Assembly: GCA_963723515.1 (NCBI GenBank)
Contig: CAVRQT010000003.1
Coordinates: forward strand, 832,001-896,000
Direction of reading: 5' to 3'
Length of the DNA stretch: 64,000 nucleotides
Origin: Vulcanimicrobiota bacterium
GTDB lineage: Bacteria > Vulcanimicrobiota > Vulcanimicrobiia > Vulcanimicrobiales > Vulcanimicrobiaceae
In this document: piece after piece, positions 19,701-29,556 of the stretch
Layout of the letters: every line of letters starts with the position of its first letter
Numbering within the stretch: the stretch's first letter is position 1
The notes under the pieces: generated by a model
The model's database searches: none
What the model saw: only the letters and a program-made list of their open reading frames with translations
Told to the model about the DNA's origin: nothing
Program-made: the position numbers and the translations under genes

Positions 19701-20294
19701 CTTGCCGAGTTGGCTCGATTCCGCGGCCGCGTTAAGGATCTCCGGGCCGTGGCGGACCGGATGGCAAACGCGCCATGGCGCGTTGCGGCGCCGCGCCAAG
19801 AAGCGATTTTCCTGGAGATTCAGGGCTGGCTGCTGCGCGCTACTGGGAAGTTCGAAGCCTCGCTGCAAGCTTTCAATGAAGTAAAACGGCGTCATTTGGA
19901 GTTGGGGCGTCTGCTCGACGCGCGGGAGGCCTTAGACGATTATGCTCTTGCGCTGCTCGGTGCCGGGCGTTATGCAGACGCGGTTGCCGCGCTTAGCGAA
20001 GCGAACGACCTGCGCGGGCAGCCGAACATGCTGATATATGAAACGCTGCACTATTGGATCACGGCGCTCGTGCATCACGCGGTGGATGACGTTCCAAAAA
20101 CCACGGAGGCCCTGGCCCGCGCCAAAGCTTTGTTCGAGGTGCGTCGTGCTGCGATCGAAGCACCCGAGATCCGCGCCAGGTTTGAAACCATACCACACCA
20201 TGTGGCATTGGTTGCCGCGTCCGAGCGCAACGTTTGGCCGGCACACGGAGCCATTGCTGGCCCCGCAAACAGCGTGCCGGACGATCAACGATAG
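16791..20294 (+). CDS. SARP/AfsR-like regulator: winged HTH, BTAD, AAA ATPase, TPR
   Basis: LRIKLLG, LYDGDLLPDIYDDWL, DPWREDALRQLM, FVGRASEL, GEAGIGKT, LILEDLHW, SEGNPLF; GTG start chosen. Confidence 0.9.
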   Translation: MLRIKLLGNAHLSDGDIELKIPSRRLSLPLLAYLLLHRNKAIARSHLAFTLWPDDSEEHALAELRRHIYLLGKAFATVSSGGPWLLADTETVAWSKDATYWLDVAEFERCSQDESCRADAVTLYDGDLLPDIYDDWLVSERERLRRLLLDDLWALILARRSDRAFSEAQHFAQRLLDVDPWREDALRQLMSIRYESGDAAGALAAFDRFAQRLRAEMDVEPMPETLALRHAIVRGAPVEAAPKSEEARVLPLRGPFVGRASELEQLRAVWRRAARGHGSVAVVSGEAGIGKTRLVGELALAAESEGARVLFGSTSFPEHEPYQCIASALRSNLPLLANLSLSPSLLGIIAKIVPELRSGRPDLPLPVPLTDESEKSRLLDAVAQAMIALARPRPMVLILEDLHWSGYATVEAVASLANRIAATPILIVLTYREEQVGRAHPLRRLEHGLQSAHLTSRVTLEGLKPEAVGELVTAIVPGRNDAAEMVRSVFETSEGNPLFVTEILRNIAGNGNRDELPRSIRAAIADRLNTLEPATRAIGEIAAVAGQAFTIELVRETAGVSESEVLQALDELLERHLVREVSAKNRFDYAFTHHLIQSAIYEEVEPKSRRRRHGRIARVLQDLYPEVAAEMAAEIAFHLDRAGDVESAAQHYAVAARHAADLYANDDARALAERALELHPGADRLRYELLLVCESIDSRLGEKAKQKSRLEALEALVPVLDERASAEVLMRRIECAFRNNDRSEELLAIEKLRERALAAHNASWLAFSMEALAQRKLATFDYSGALADAESAFRSYQQQGSSAGCVRSRAIASSAAAGAGDAEGAAQYVDQAIAIAERSGEPALLVRALQTAATTAQQRQDYVRFAEFAERALVLCRTIGDREAEGFAHNQIGTANWSLWRPEIAFAHLRKAVDVFTSVGSTRLAVALTNLGGFLMELGEFEASATTSERAHRLALEEHLYDAAGVALSNLAELARFRGRVKDLRAVADRMANAPWRVAAPRQEAIFLEIQGWLLRATGKFEASLQAFNEVKRRHLELGRLLDAREALDDYALALLGAGRYADAVAALSEANDLRGQPNMLIYETLHYWITALVHHAVDDVPKTTEALARAKALFEVRRAAIEAPEIRARFETIPHHVALVAASERNVWPAHGAIAGPANSVPDDQR

Positions 20295-22015
20295 TGTACT
20301 ACGACGTCATCATCGTCGGCGGAAGCCTAGGCGGTGCAGCGGCGGCCTTAAGCGCCGGCTCCAGCACGTATTCCGTCTGCCTTTTTGAGGCGAGCGATTG
20401 GATCGGCGGTCAGTTTTCATCGCAAGGCGTGACCAAGCCCGATGAAAACCGCTATATCGAGAGCGTCGGGAGCACCGCAAATTACCGGAATTTCCGGCAT
20501 GCCGTACGCGCGTTCTATCGCAATAACTACCGCCTCTCATCGCAAGGCGCAGGTCAGCCGACCCTCAATCCCGGCGGACCCTACCCCGGATTCTCAACCG
20601 AGCCGCGCGCCGCAAGCAATGTGCTCCTTCAGAGGCTCCAAGCGCGGCCCAACATTCACGTTCGCCTGAATACGCACATTACAACGGTCGACGTTCAAGG
20701 CGATCAAGTGCAAAGCGTTACGGCAGTCGGGCCTGACGGCACGCAAACCGTCTACACTGCAAAATATTTTCTCGATGCGACGGATCTCGGCGATCTGCTG
20801 CCGATGGCCAACGTTGAACACGCACTTGGCGCCGAGGCCAAAAGTGACACCGGTGAGCCGAATGCACCCGATACTGCGCGGCCGGATTGGATTCAACCGA
20901 TTACGAGCGTCGTTGCGCTTGAACACCGGCCTTCCGGCGAAAACCACACGATTGCGCCGCCCCCGAATTACGCAACGCTCAAGACGCAACAAAACTACAC
21001 CGTCGTGGACGGCTACATCTCAAAAGTCTTTCAAGCCGGCGTCGACATGTGGACGTACCGCCGCTACATCGATGCCGCCAACTTCAACGATCCAGCGTTT
21101 CCGAATGACTTGAGCATGCTGAATATGGGCGCCAACGATTACCAAGGCGCGACACCGCCTTCCGGTTCGGCCACTCAGGATGCCGCGATTATCGGACGCG
21201 CTCGTCAAGCCGCACTCGGCTTCGTCTATTGGCTGCAAACCGAAGTTCGGCGTGATGACGGCAGCGGCAACGGTTATCCGAATCTAAAGGTCCGCACCGA
21301 TCAATTCGGCACATCCGACGGTACGTCGGCACAGCCGTACATCCGTGAGGGGCGCCGCATCAAAGCCCGCTATACGATCGTGCAGCAAGATCTCGATCAG
21401 GCGTATCGCGGCGGCCCACGGGCGAAGAATTATCCCGATTCTTGCGGCATCGGTTTTTACGGCGGCCTCGATATCCACGCACTCGCCGCAGTGGGCATGC
21501 CGCAGCAATTCATCACGATTTGGCCGTTTCAAATTCCGCTGCGCTCACTGATCCCGGTGCGCGTCACGAACCTGATTCCAGCATGTAAGAACATCGGAAC
21601 GACACACATCACAAACGGCGCCTACCGCTTGCATCCCGTCGAGTGGAACATCGGAGAGTCAGCCGGCATGCTGGCGCGCTTTGCGATCGCGAACAACGTT
21701 AGCCCGGGCACGGTGGCAACGACGCCCACCCTCCTCCGTTCTTTTCAGCATCTGCTGCTGAGCGTCGGCGTTCCGCTCTTCTGGTGGACCGACATAACCG
21801 TGGATAATCCGCAACTGTTTTCCGCCGTGCAATTGCTCGGCGTCGACGGCATCATGAGCGGCAATCCGGATATGAGTTATGCGCCCAACGCAATCCTCAC
21901 CGATCTGGAGCGCGCCGATATCGACAGCGCCGTCGGACGGCAACTCAATTGGCCCGCGACGACGATGACGCGCGGTCAAGCGGCATTGTGGCTCGTCAAC
22001 CAACTCGCGCTGTAG
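20294..22015 (+). CDS. FAD-dependent oxidoreductase with C-terminal SLH-like segment
   Basis: DVIIVGGSLGG, WIGGQ, FLDATDLGDL, PYIREGRRI, YRLHPVEWNIGE; start overlaps the regulator stop. Confidence 0.85.
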   Translation: MYYDVIIVGGSLGGAAAALSAGSSTYSVCLFEASDWIGGQFSSQGVTKPDENRYIESVGSTANYRNFRHAVRAFYRNNYRLSSQGAGQPTLNPGGPYPGFSTEPRAASNVLLQRLQARPNIHVRLNTHITTVDVQGDQVQSVTAVGPDGTQTVYTAKYFLDATDLGDLLPMANVEHALGAEAKSDTGEPNAPDTARPDWIQPITSVVALEHRPSGENHTIAPPPNYATLKTQQNYTVVDGYISKVFQAGVDMWTYRRYIDAANFNDPAFPNDLSMLNMGANDYQGATPPSGSATQDAAIIGRARQAALGFVYWLQTEVRRDDGSGNGYPNLKVRTDQFGTSDGTSAQPYIREGRRIKARYTIVQQDLDQAYRGGPRAKNYPDSCGIGFYGGLDIHALAAVGMPQQFITIWPFQIPLRSLIPVRVTNLIPACKNIGTTHITNGAYRLHPVEWNIGESAGMLARFAIANNVSPGTVATTPTLLRSFQHLLLSVGVPLFWWTDITVDNPQLFSAVQLLGVDGIMSGNPDMSYAPNAILTDLERADIDSAVGRQLNWPATTMTRGQAALWLVNQLAL

Positions 22016-22067
22016 CGGGTTACCAAAGGAAAGGCGACGCGGGGACTTCAATCAGAGCCGGGCATTC

Positions 22068-22140
22068 GGGGGCATAGCTCAGCTGGTAGAGCATTACGCT
22101 GGCAGCGTAAGGGTCAGGAGTTCGAGTCTCCTTGCCTCCA
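22068..22140 (+). tRNA. tRNA-Ala(GGC)
   Basis: GGGGGCA/TGCCTCC acceptor with G3:U70, TTACG-CTGGCAG-CGTAA anticodon arm. Confidence 0.95.
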
Positions 22141-22169
22141 AGTTTTTTCAATCACACCGGAGGACTTCC

Positions 22170-22547
22170 ATGGAAACAGCCACCGCCAAAGACGTTCAAA
22201 TCACCGGAATCGACATATCGACGTTTCTCGTCAAAGATCCCGATCGCGCGACCAAATTTTGGCGCGACACGATGGGCTTAAACGCAACGCAAGTCTGGGA
22301 TGGACGCGGCGCCGAGTTCGAATTGCCCGACGGTTCAACATTCGGCCTCTGGAAAATGGACGACGGCTCATGGTCGCCGGGCAGCAGCATCATGTTCGCC
22401 GTTCCCGACATCAAGCGCGCCGTCGAATATTACCGTTCGCGCGGCGTCGAGATCAGCGAATCGGAAGAAACGCCCGTCTGCCATATGGCGTTTGCTGAGG
22501 ACAGCGAAGGCAATCACTTCATCCTGCATCAGCGGAAGAGCAACTAA
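22170..22547 (+). CDS. VOC/glyoxalase family protein
   Basis: FLVKDPDRATKFWRDTMGL...FAVPDI...AFAEDSEGN; SD GGAGG. Confidence 0.88.
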   Translation: METATAKDVQITGIDISTFLVKDPDRATKFWRDTMGLNATQVWDGRGAEFELPDGSTFGLWKMDDGSWSPGSSIMFAVPDIKRAVEYYRSRGVEISESEETPVCHMAFAEDSEGNHFILHQRKSN

Positions 22548-22993
22548 CGCTATAGCCGCTGTGCATCGTGAACGGGCCCCGTGCCGGAATCGCGGATGGC
22601 GCGTTTCTTGCTTTGGTGACCGCATGAGTGATGAAATGCCCGACTGGGGATGCTCGCAAAGCGATCCCGCCGGCAACTGCATCAGTTTGCTCTGATCGAC
22701 TTGGTCCCCCACGCCAACCCAAAGAGCGCCGGAAATCACGCGTGAGGTTATTCCGTGTCGCTATGAAAGTGCGCCGGGAAGGTCGTGTTCGCCGGCAACT
22801 TCAGACGAATCGTGTAGGGGCCGGAGTTCGTCGGATCACCATAAGAGAACGGCAATCTGCAGATCCCGCGATCGGTCCGGTGCCGGCAATCCAGTCACCT
22901 TGTCAGGCGTGACGACAGTAGGAGTTGCGGCGATTGCGATTCCGGTGCTCAAAAATATCATCGCCGCAACAAAGAAAGCAATTTGTGCATCAT
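22544..22993 (-). pseudogene. Secreted cupin-domain protein, multiply disrupted (pseudogene or sequence errors)
   Basis: Fragments IAVLYGDPTNSGPYTIRLKLPANTTFPAHFH and ISGALWVGVGD...LPAGS; ends approximate. Confidence 0.6.
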
Positions 22994-23058
22994 AAATCGC
23001 CTGGAGAGCGTTGTCTTCTTGTGAACGGCATGGCCGACTATTGTATTACAATGGCTGA

Positions 23059-23425
23059 CGGAGTACGCCGGATGACCGCGCTTCCCAGCTCGTCAAGGAA
23101 AGGTGAGGAAAGTCCGGGCTTCACAGGGCAAGGTGCAGGATAACGTCCTGTCGGGGCAACCCGAAGGAAAGTGCCACAGAAACATACCGCCGTTTTGGCA
23201 AGGGTGAAATCGTGAGGTAAGAGCTCACGGAGCCGCACGGAGACGTGCGCTCGGGTAAACCCCACCTGAAGCAAGGGTGCTCGATGCTCGCGGAGCGATC
23301 CGAGAGCCGGACGGCCCGTCCGAGCGAGCTTGAACCGCATTGAGGCGCACGGTAACGCGCGCCCCAGAGAGATGGTCATCGCGCGGAGATTCCGCGTACA
23401 GAATCCGGCTTACAGGCGTACTCCG
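23059..23425 (+). ncRNA. rnpB: RNase P RNA (bacterial type A)
   Basis: GAGGAAAGTCCGGGC, GGAAAGTGCCACAGAA, GGGTAAACCCC, ACAGAATCCGGCTTA; terminal helix CGGAGTACGCC/GGCGTACTCCG. Confidence 0.97.
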
Positions 23426-23512
23426 CTTGCCGCGGCGCAACCGTGGCCCCGATGCCGGCGATTTCAAGAAACGAGGGGACCGGCGTCTAACGCCACCTAA
23501 GAAAAGGAACCA

Positions 23513-23920
23513 ATGAGCGAACAGCACTTTAGCCCGGAAATGACCGTCGATGAAGCGTTCAAGTTGCATGCCGGAGCCCGACGCGTCTTCGCGCGCTTCC
23601 ATTTGGGCGGCTGCTCGAATTGCGCGATTAGCGAATCGCATACGATCGGCGCCATCAGCGAGGATTACGGAATTCCGCTGCCGATGCTGCTCGACGCCTT
23701 GAACGGCCTCTTCGATCAGGGTGCGCTTGCCGTTGGCGACAAGGTGCGAATCCCGGATGAGATCCGCACGAAAATTCCGCAACTCGCGAACGTTCCTGAG
23801 CTCGGCGAGGTGCGCAGCGCGGACGCAGGCGCCTACATCGTCGAATTCGGCGAGGTGCGCTTACAGGGTTTGGCCGAAGACTTTATTCCGGTTCAAGCGA
23901 GCGCCACGCCCGCAGCCTAA
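23513..23920 (+). CDS. DUF1858-like CxxC redox-domain protein with small C-terminal domain
   Basis: PEMTVDEA...ARRVFARFHLGGCSNCAISESHTI; SD AAAGGA. Confidence 0.65.
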   Translation: MSEQHFSPEMTVDEAFKLHAGARRVFARFHLGGCSNCAISESHTIGAISEDYGIPLPMLLDALNGLFDQGALAVGDKVRIPDEIRTKIPQLANVPELGEVRSADAGAYIVEFGEVRLQGLAEDFIPVQASATPAA

Positions 23921-23931
23921 TTCAGCGGCGC

Positions 23932-24327
23932 CTAAGCGATCCGCTTGCGATCCATGAACGTCTCGTCCATGCGATGCCAATGCGCGATCGACGGCTCCCC
24001 AGCTTTCCAGCACAAGTAGATTTGATCGCCGTCGCGCAGGGCTGGAAAATCGATCAGCCCGAGATCCATGTCTTTGACGATGCAGCCGTAACCTTCGATG
24101 CGGTTGATCAGCCGTACGATTTCGGCTTTCAGTTCGCTGAACCGGCGGGGCGCAAAGGGCGAGCGTAAGCCGGCCAGCCGCGGTTCGCGCACGCTGTGAG
24201 CGCGCAACGCCGGATCGTTTTCCAACAACTTGATCGCTAACTCCCGGCGCTTCGTCCACAGTTCTTGGACGAGCGGCGCAATCTTCGGAATGAGGGCGTT
24301 AGCCTTTTCAGGCGAAAACAGTTTCAT
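23932..24327 (-). CDS. DUF2203 family protein
   Basis: FSPEKANALIP...GCIVKDMDLGLIDFPA...YLCWKAGE...WH. Confidence 0.85.
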   Translation of the reverse strand: MKLFSPEKANALIPKIAPLVQELWTKRRELAIKLLENDPALRAHSVREPRLAGLRSPFAPRRFSELKAEIVRLINRIEGYGCIVKDMDLGLIDFPALRDGDQIYLCWKAGEPSIAHWHRMDETFMDRKRIA

Positions 24328-24354
24328 GACGCCTCACCGCTCGCGGCGGCCGAC

Positions 24355-25216
24355 TTGACGAAGCCACGAATCGTTTTCGTGACCGGGCTTTCAGGTGCCG
24401 GCAAGAGCCAGGCCATGAAAACGTTCGAGGACTTGGGATTTTATTGCGTAGACAACCTTCCTCCCGCGCTTGCGACGGAGGCAATCAAGCTGCTGACTGC
24501 CGGCCACTTGGAACGCATCGCCGTGGCGCTTGATGTTCGTAGCGGGGGGCCGTTGGGCGAGGCAAAGCGCGTCTTCGACACTCTGCAACTAGACCACACG
24601 CGCCCCGAAATACTATTTTTGGAAGCGCAAGATGAAACGCTCGTTCGCCGCTACAGCGAAACGCGCCGCCGCCATCCCCTCGCGGGGCAAGATACGCTCA
24701 TTGAAGCGATCGCGGCAGAACGCGCTGCTCTCGCGCCCGTACGCGAGCGCTCAACGCAAGTGCTCGACACGACCAACTTGACACACGCCACCCTGAAGGA
24801 ACGCATCGCAGCGCTCTATACCTCGGCCGGACCGGCGCCGCGGCTGCTCGCCTTTGTTATCGCCTTCGGATTTAAATACGGCATTCCGCTCGACGTCGAT
24901 TTGCTTTTCGATGTGCGGTTTTTGCGCAACCCGAACTACGACGACAAACTTCAACCGTTAACCGGCCGCGACGCGGCAGTGGGCGAGTTCATCAATGCCG
25001 ATCCCGCGTACGAGCCGTTCATGAAACGCGTTGAGGACCTGCTCGATTTTCTCGTGCCGCGCTACTTGTCCGAGGGAAAATCACAGTTAACGATCGGAGT
25101 TGGCTGTACCGGTGGACGTCACCGCTCCGTGTATCGTCGCGGAACAACTCGCGCTGCACTTAGAGCGCAGCGCGCAAGTCGAAACCCATGTTGATTTTCG
25201 GGACATGACTCGCTAA
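24355..25216 (+). CDS. rapZ: RNase adapter RapZ/YvcJ (frameshift near 25135)
   Basis: VTGLSGAGKS, YCVDNLP, RRYSETRRRHPL, FGFKYG, GCTGGRHRSV. Confidence 0.93.
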
Positions 25217-26558
25217 TGCGCGACCGCTCGCTGCGGCTCTTCGGTTGGCTGTATCCGGGCATCGGCGTGAAGCGCTGGCTCGTTGTTGCAATCATCGGTG
25301 CCCTGCTTCTGGTCAACGGCATCAGCCGCTGGCTCGTCGCCGAGGGCATGCACCTCAATATCAACGAGTGGCTCGACGACTTTGTCGACGATCTCTTCCC
25401 GCCGTCGTACCTCTCGTGGATTTTTATATTCCTGGGAGTCGTCTTGATCGTCTTCGGCATCCGCCAATGGATGCGTTCACTGTTGCGCGCATCAACCGTC
25501 GGCGGCGCCGACCGCATTGTCGATACGCTGCTCGAGATGCGCATGAAAGACGGCTATAAGATCGTCGCCATCGGCGGTGGAACCGGACTTTCGACGCTCT
25601 TACGCGGCCTCAAACGTTACACGCCAAACTTGACTGCAGTCGTTACCGTTAGTGACGACGGCGGAAGCTCCGGGCCGCCTGCAAAAAGAGCTCGGTGTCT
25701 TGCCGCCGGGCGACATTCGCAACTGCCTCGTGGCGCTTGCCGATGATGAAGCACTCGTAACGGATCTTTTCCGCTACCGTTTCCGCGAAGGCGACGGGCT
25801 GTCGGGGCATTCGTTTGGCAATCTCTTTCTCGCCGCCATGACCGGAATCACCGGCAATTTCGATGAGGCGATTCGAGAGTCGAGCCGCGTGCTCAACATC
25901 AAAGGCCGGGTGCTGCCCTCAACGCTCGGCGTGGTGCGTCTTTGCGCGACGCTCACCGATGGAACAACGGTCGAAGGCGAATCGAACATTTCCGCTTCGC
26001 ATGCGCGAATCGATCGCGTCTACTTCGAGCCGCGCCACGCAGCGCCGTTGCCCGAAGTGATGGCTGCGATCCGCGAAGCTGACGCGATCATTCTGGGGCC
26101 GGGCAGCCTCTATACTTCAATCATTCCGAACTTTCTTAGTCGATCGCGTCGCCCAAGAAGTTGAGCGCTCGAGCGCGATCAAGATGTACGTCTGCAACGT
26201 GATGACGCAGCCTGGTGAAACCGATTCGCTGACTGCATCCGAGCATGCCGCTGCTTTATTGCGCAACGCCGGAGCGCGCGTCTTTGACTACGTGATCGTA
26301 AACGAAGAGTCGCCAAGCAAACTGCTCGAGGCGTACGCGGAGGAAGGCCAAGTCCCCGTTGAGGCCGACGCGGAACAGATTTCAGGATTAGGCTTGACGC
26401 CGGTGAGCGCGCGAGTCATCAGCGAAACCGTCAACGTGCGACACGATCCGGCAAAGCTCGCATCGGTCGTCCTTGGGCTGATCGAGCGCGCCGTCGCTCA
26501 ACGCGCTTCGTTCGTAAAGGCGCCTGCGGCGGCCGTCAGTGCGAGAGCTTCACTGTAA
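25216..26558 (+). CDS. yvcK: YvcK/GlmR gluconeogenesis factor with N-terminal membrane region (two frameshifts)
   Basis: IGGGTGLSTLLRGLK, VSDDGGSSG, PPGDIRNCL, GHSFGNL, GPGSLYTS, NVMTQPGET, RHDP. Confidence 0.9.
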
Positions 26559-26865
26559 CGGTCGCGGTTCCTGACGGTTCGACCGTGATCGTGTCGTTGA
26601 AATTCTTGTAACCGTCTGCGACCACTGCATAATCAACCGATCCACTCGGGACGTTCGCAACGCTGAATGTCCCATCCGTACCTGTGTGGGTCACTATGGC
26701 GGAGTCAACCGTCACCGTCGCATTCGCAACCGGCGAAGCAGTCGCGGCATCGACGACGACGCCTTTAACGATAGCGTATTTGGCTGAGGGCGGAAGCTGG
26801 TCGTCGTTGCAACCTACGGCAAAGGCGGCTAGGAGTGCGATCAATAGCAAGCGCGCGATTTTCAT
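26536..26865 (-). CDS. Lipoprotein with carboxypeptidase-regulatory-like (Cna-B type) domain
   Basis: Lipobox AVGC; VKGVVVDA...PVANATV...TGTDGTF. Confidence 0.75.
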   Translation of the reverse strand: MKIARLLLIALLAAFAVGCNDDQLPPSAKYAIVKGVVVDAATASPVANATVTVDSAIVTHTGTDGTFSVANVPSGSVDYAVVADGYKNFNDTITVEPSGTATVTVKLSH

Positions 26866-26969
26866 AAGCATTTCATCCTCAAAACTGCGACGCAGATTTC
26901 TCTCTTCGTCGTCCGCCGCCATAGCGCATTCGAAAGGCGCGATTGTGACTCGCGCGGAAGCGCCATTTG

Positions 26970-28378
26970 ATGGCAACGACGATCCCGGCTGAGGTAAAGA
27001 CCGGACCGGTTTACTTCGAAAACGCGCTGCAGGCCGTCGGCAACACGCCGCTGATTCGACTGAACAAGATAACCGACGGTGCGCGGTGCTTGGTTCTGGC
27101 GAAGGTCGAGTACGTGAATCCGGGCGGCAGCATCAAAGACCGGCCGGCGGTCGCGATGCTCGATGCGGCTGAACGCGAAGGGCTCTTGAAGCCCGGCGGA
27201 ACGATCGTGGAGCCGACCAGCGGCAACACCGGTTCGGGCCTTGCAATGGCCGCGGCGATTCGCGGTTACCGCTGCATCCTCGTCATGCCGGACAAGATGT
27301 CGACGCGAGAAAATCGATCTTCTGCGCGCCTACGGCGCCGACGTCGTCGTCACGCCGACCAACGTCCCGAACGACTCGCCGGAATCGTACTATGGGGTCG
27401 CAAACCGCCTCGCGGCCGAAATACCGGGCGCTTTTCAACCGAATCAATTTCACAACCATGCGAATCCAGAGGCGCACTACCGTACGACGGGCCCCGAGAT
27501 TTGGGAGCAAACCGGTGGAACGATTACGCCACTTCGTTGCCGGCCTGGGAACCGGCGGCACGATCTCCGGTGCGGCGCGCTATCTTAAGGAAAGAAATCC
27601 GAAGATCCACGTGATCGGCGCCGACCCCGAAGGTTCGATTTATTCGGGTGATACGCCGAAGTCGTACGCCGTCGAAGGCATCGGCATGTCGTATCTTCCG
27701 GAAACCGTCGATCTCAAGGTGATCGACGAGATGGTCAGAGTATCGGACCGCGATTCGTTCCTCATGGCGCGGCGCATCACGCGCGAAGAGGGTTTGCTGG
27801 TCGGCGGTTCATCGGGCACCGCAGCGGTTGCCGCCATGCGCCTTGCAAAGACGCTTCCGCAGGATGCGGTTATCGTCGTCGTCTTTCCCGATTCGGGCCG
27901 TGGCTATATGTCGAAGATCTTCAACGAGGATTGGATGATCGCCAACGGCTTCATCGCCGAAGGCAAGCGCAAAGCAACGGTCGGTGATGTGCTGCGCAGC
28001 AAAACGCCGCTGCCGCCGATGATCACCGTCAAGGACGATGACGTCGTCCGCGACGCCCTCGAGCTTTTGCGCAAATACGAAATCTCGCAGATTCCCGTTA
28101 TGCACGATCGCGAACAAATCGGCAGCATCAACGATGTTGCTGTCATGCAAGCGGTTTTCGACCAAGCCGACATCCTTCACAAGCCGGTCCGCGAGGTGAT
28201 GGGCCGCGCGTTTCCCGTTCTGGAGCAATTCGCCGAAATCGATCAGGCATACAAGCTACTCACGCTGGCCAACCCAGCCGTGGTCATTGCCGATGAGGGA
28301 GAGCCGGTCGGCGTGCTGACGCGTCAAGACATCATCTCGTATCTTTCGAGCAGCTCCGAGATGCCCAAAGCAAGGTAA
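26970..28378 (+). CDS. cbs: Cystathionine beta-synthase with C-terminal CBS domains (two frameshifts)
   Basis: [47 protein letters not shown] pair. Confidence 0.9.
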
Positions 28379-28385
28379 GGCCAGT

Positions 28386-29548
28386 CTGAAATTTAGCACA
28401 AGGCCATTCACATCGGGCAGGATGCCGATCCCGCAACCGGTGCCACGATCGTTCCGATTTACCAGACCTCAACCTACACGCAGGACGCCGTTGGCCAGCA
28501 TAAGGGATTCGATTACAGTCGAACGGTTAATCCGACGCGCTTAGCGCTCGAACGGCAATTAGCAGCACTGGAAGATGCAGAATACGGTAGCGCGTTCTCA
28601 AGCGGAATGGCGGCGACGTCTGCGGTGCTCGGCATATTATCGGCCGGCGACCATGTCGTCGTTACCGACGACCTTTACGGCGGGACGTACCGCCTCTTCT
28701 CGCGCGTCCTCGCTCGTTACGGTGTGGAATTCTCGTACGTCGATATGACCGACGCGAATGCGGTTCGCAGCGCGATTCGGCCAAACACGAAGATGCTGTG
28801 GCTAGAGACACCGACGAACCCACTCTTGAAGCTCATCGACATTCGCGCCATCTGCAACTCTGCGGCCGGCCAACGTGCATCGTCGCGATCGATAATACCT
28901 TCGCGACGCCGTACTTTCAGCGACCACTCGGGTTCGGCGCCGATATCGTCGTTCATTCGACAACCAAATACATCGGGGGCCACAGCGATGTTATCGGTGG
29001 CGCGGTGCTCACAAACAATTCGCAGTACTATGACGCGATCAAGTTTATTCAGAATTCGGCCGGAGCCGTCCCAAGCCCAATGGATGCATATCTGACGATG
29101 CGGGGCGCTAAGACATTGGCATTGCGTATGCGCGAGCACGCGAAAAATGCGCAACGGATCGCCGAATTTTTAGAGGCGCGCGAGGACATCGACCAGGTCT
29201 ATTATCCCGGCCTGCCGTCCCATCCGCAGCACGAACTCGCGAAGCGCCAGATGTCCGGTTTTAGCGGCATGCTGTCGTTTACGCTGAAAGGGCCGCAATC
29301 ACGCGCGCTTGATGTCGCGGGCCGAACGAAGATCTTCAGTTTGGCGGAGAGCTTGGGCGGCGTAGAATCGTTGATCACCCATCCAGGAAGGATGACGCAC
29401 GGTTCAATCCCGCGCGCAAGAGCGCGAAGCGCGCGGTGTAACGGACGGGCTGCTACGGCTTTCGGTTGGAATTGAGGATGTTGAGGATCTGGTCGCGGAT
29501 TTGGAAGCCGCGCTCGAAGCCACCAAACCCCAAACAGCACCGCTCTAA
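28386..29548 (+). CDS. Cystathionine gamma-lyase/synthase (frameshifts)
   Basis: [59 protein letters not shown]; follows cbs. Confidence 0.9.
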
Positions 29549-29556
29549 AGCCTGAG

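Noticed and set aside
12678..22067. Prophage or ICE between the two tRNA-Ala genes
   Set aside because: No integrase, phage or conjugation genes and no duplicated tRNA 3' att site; the second tRNA is a complete, different isoacceptor.
23038..23379. 113-aa ORF on the minus strand
   Set aside because: Antisense shadow of the RNase P RNA gene.
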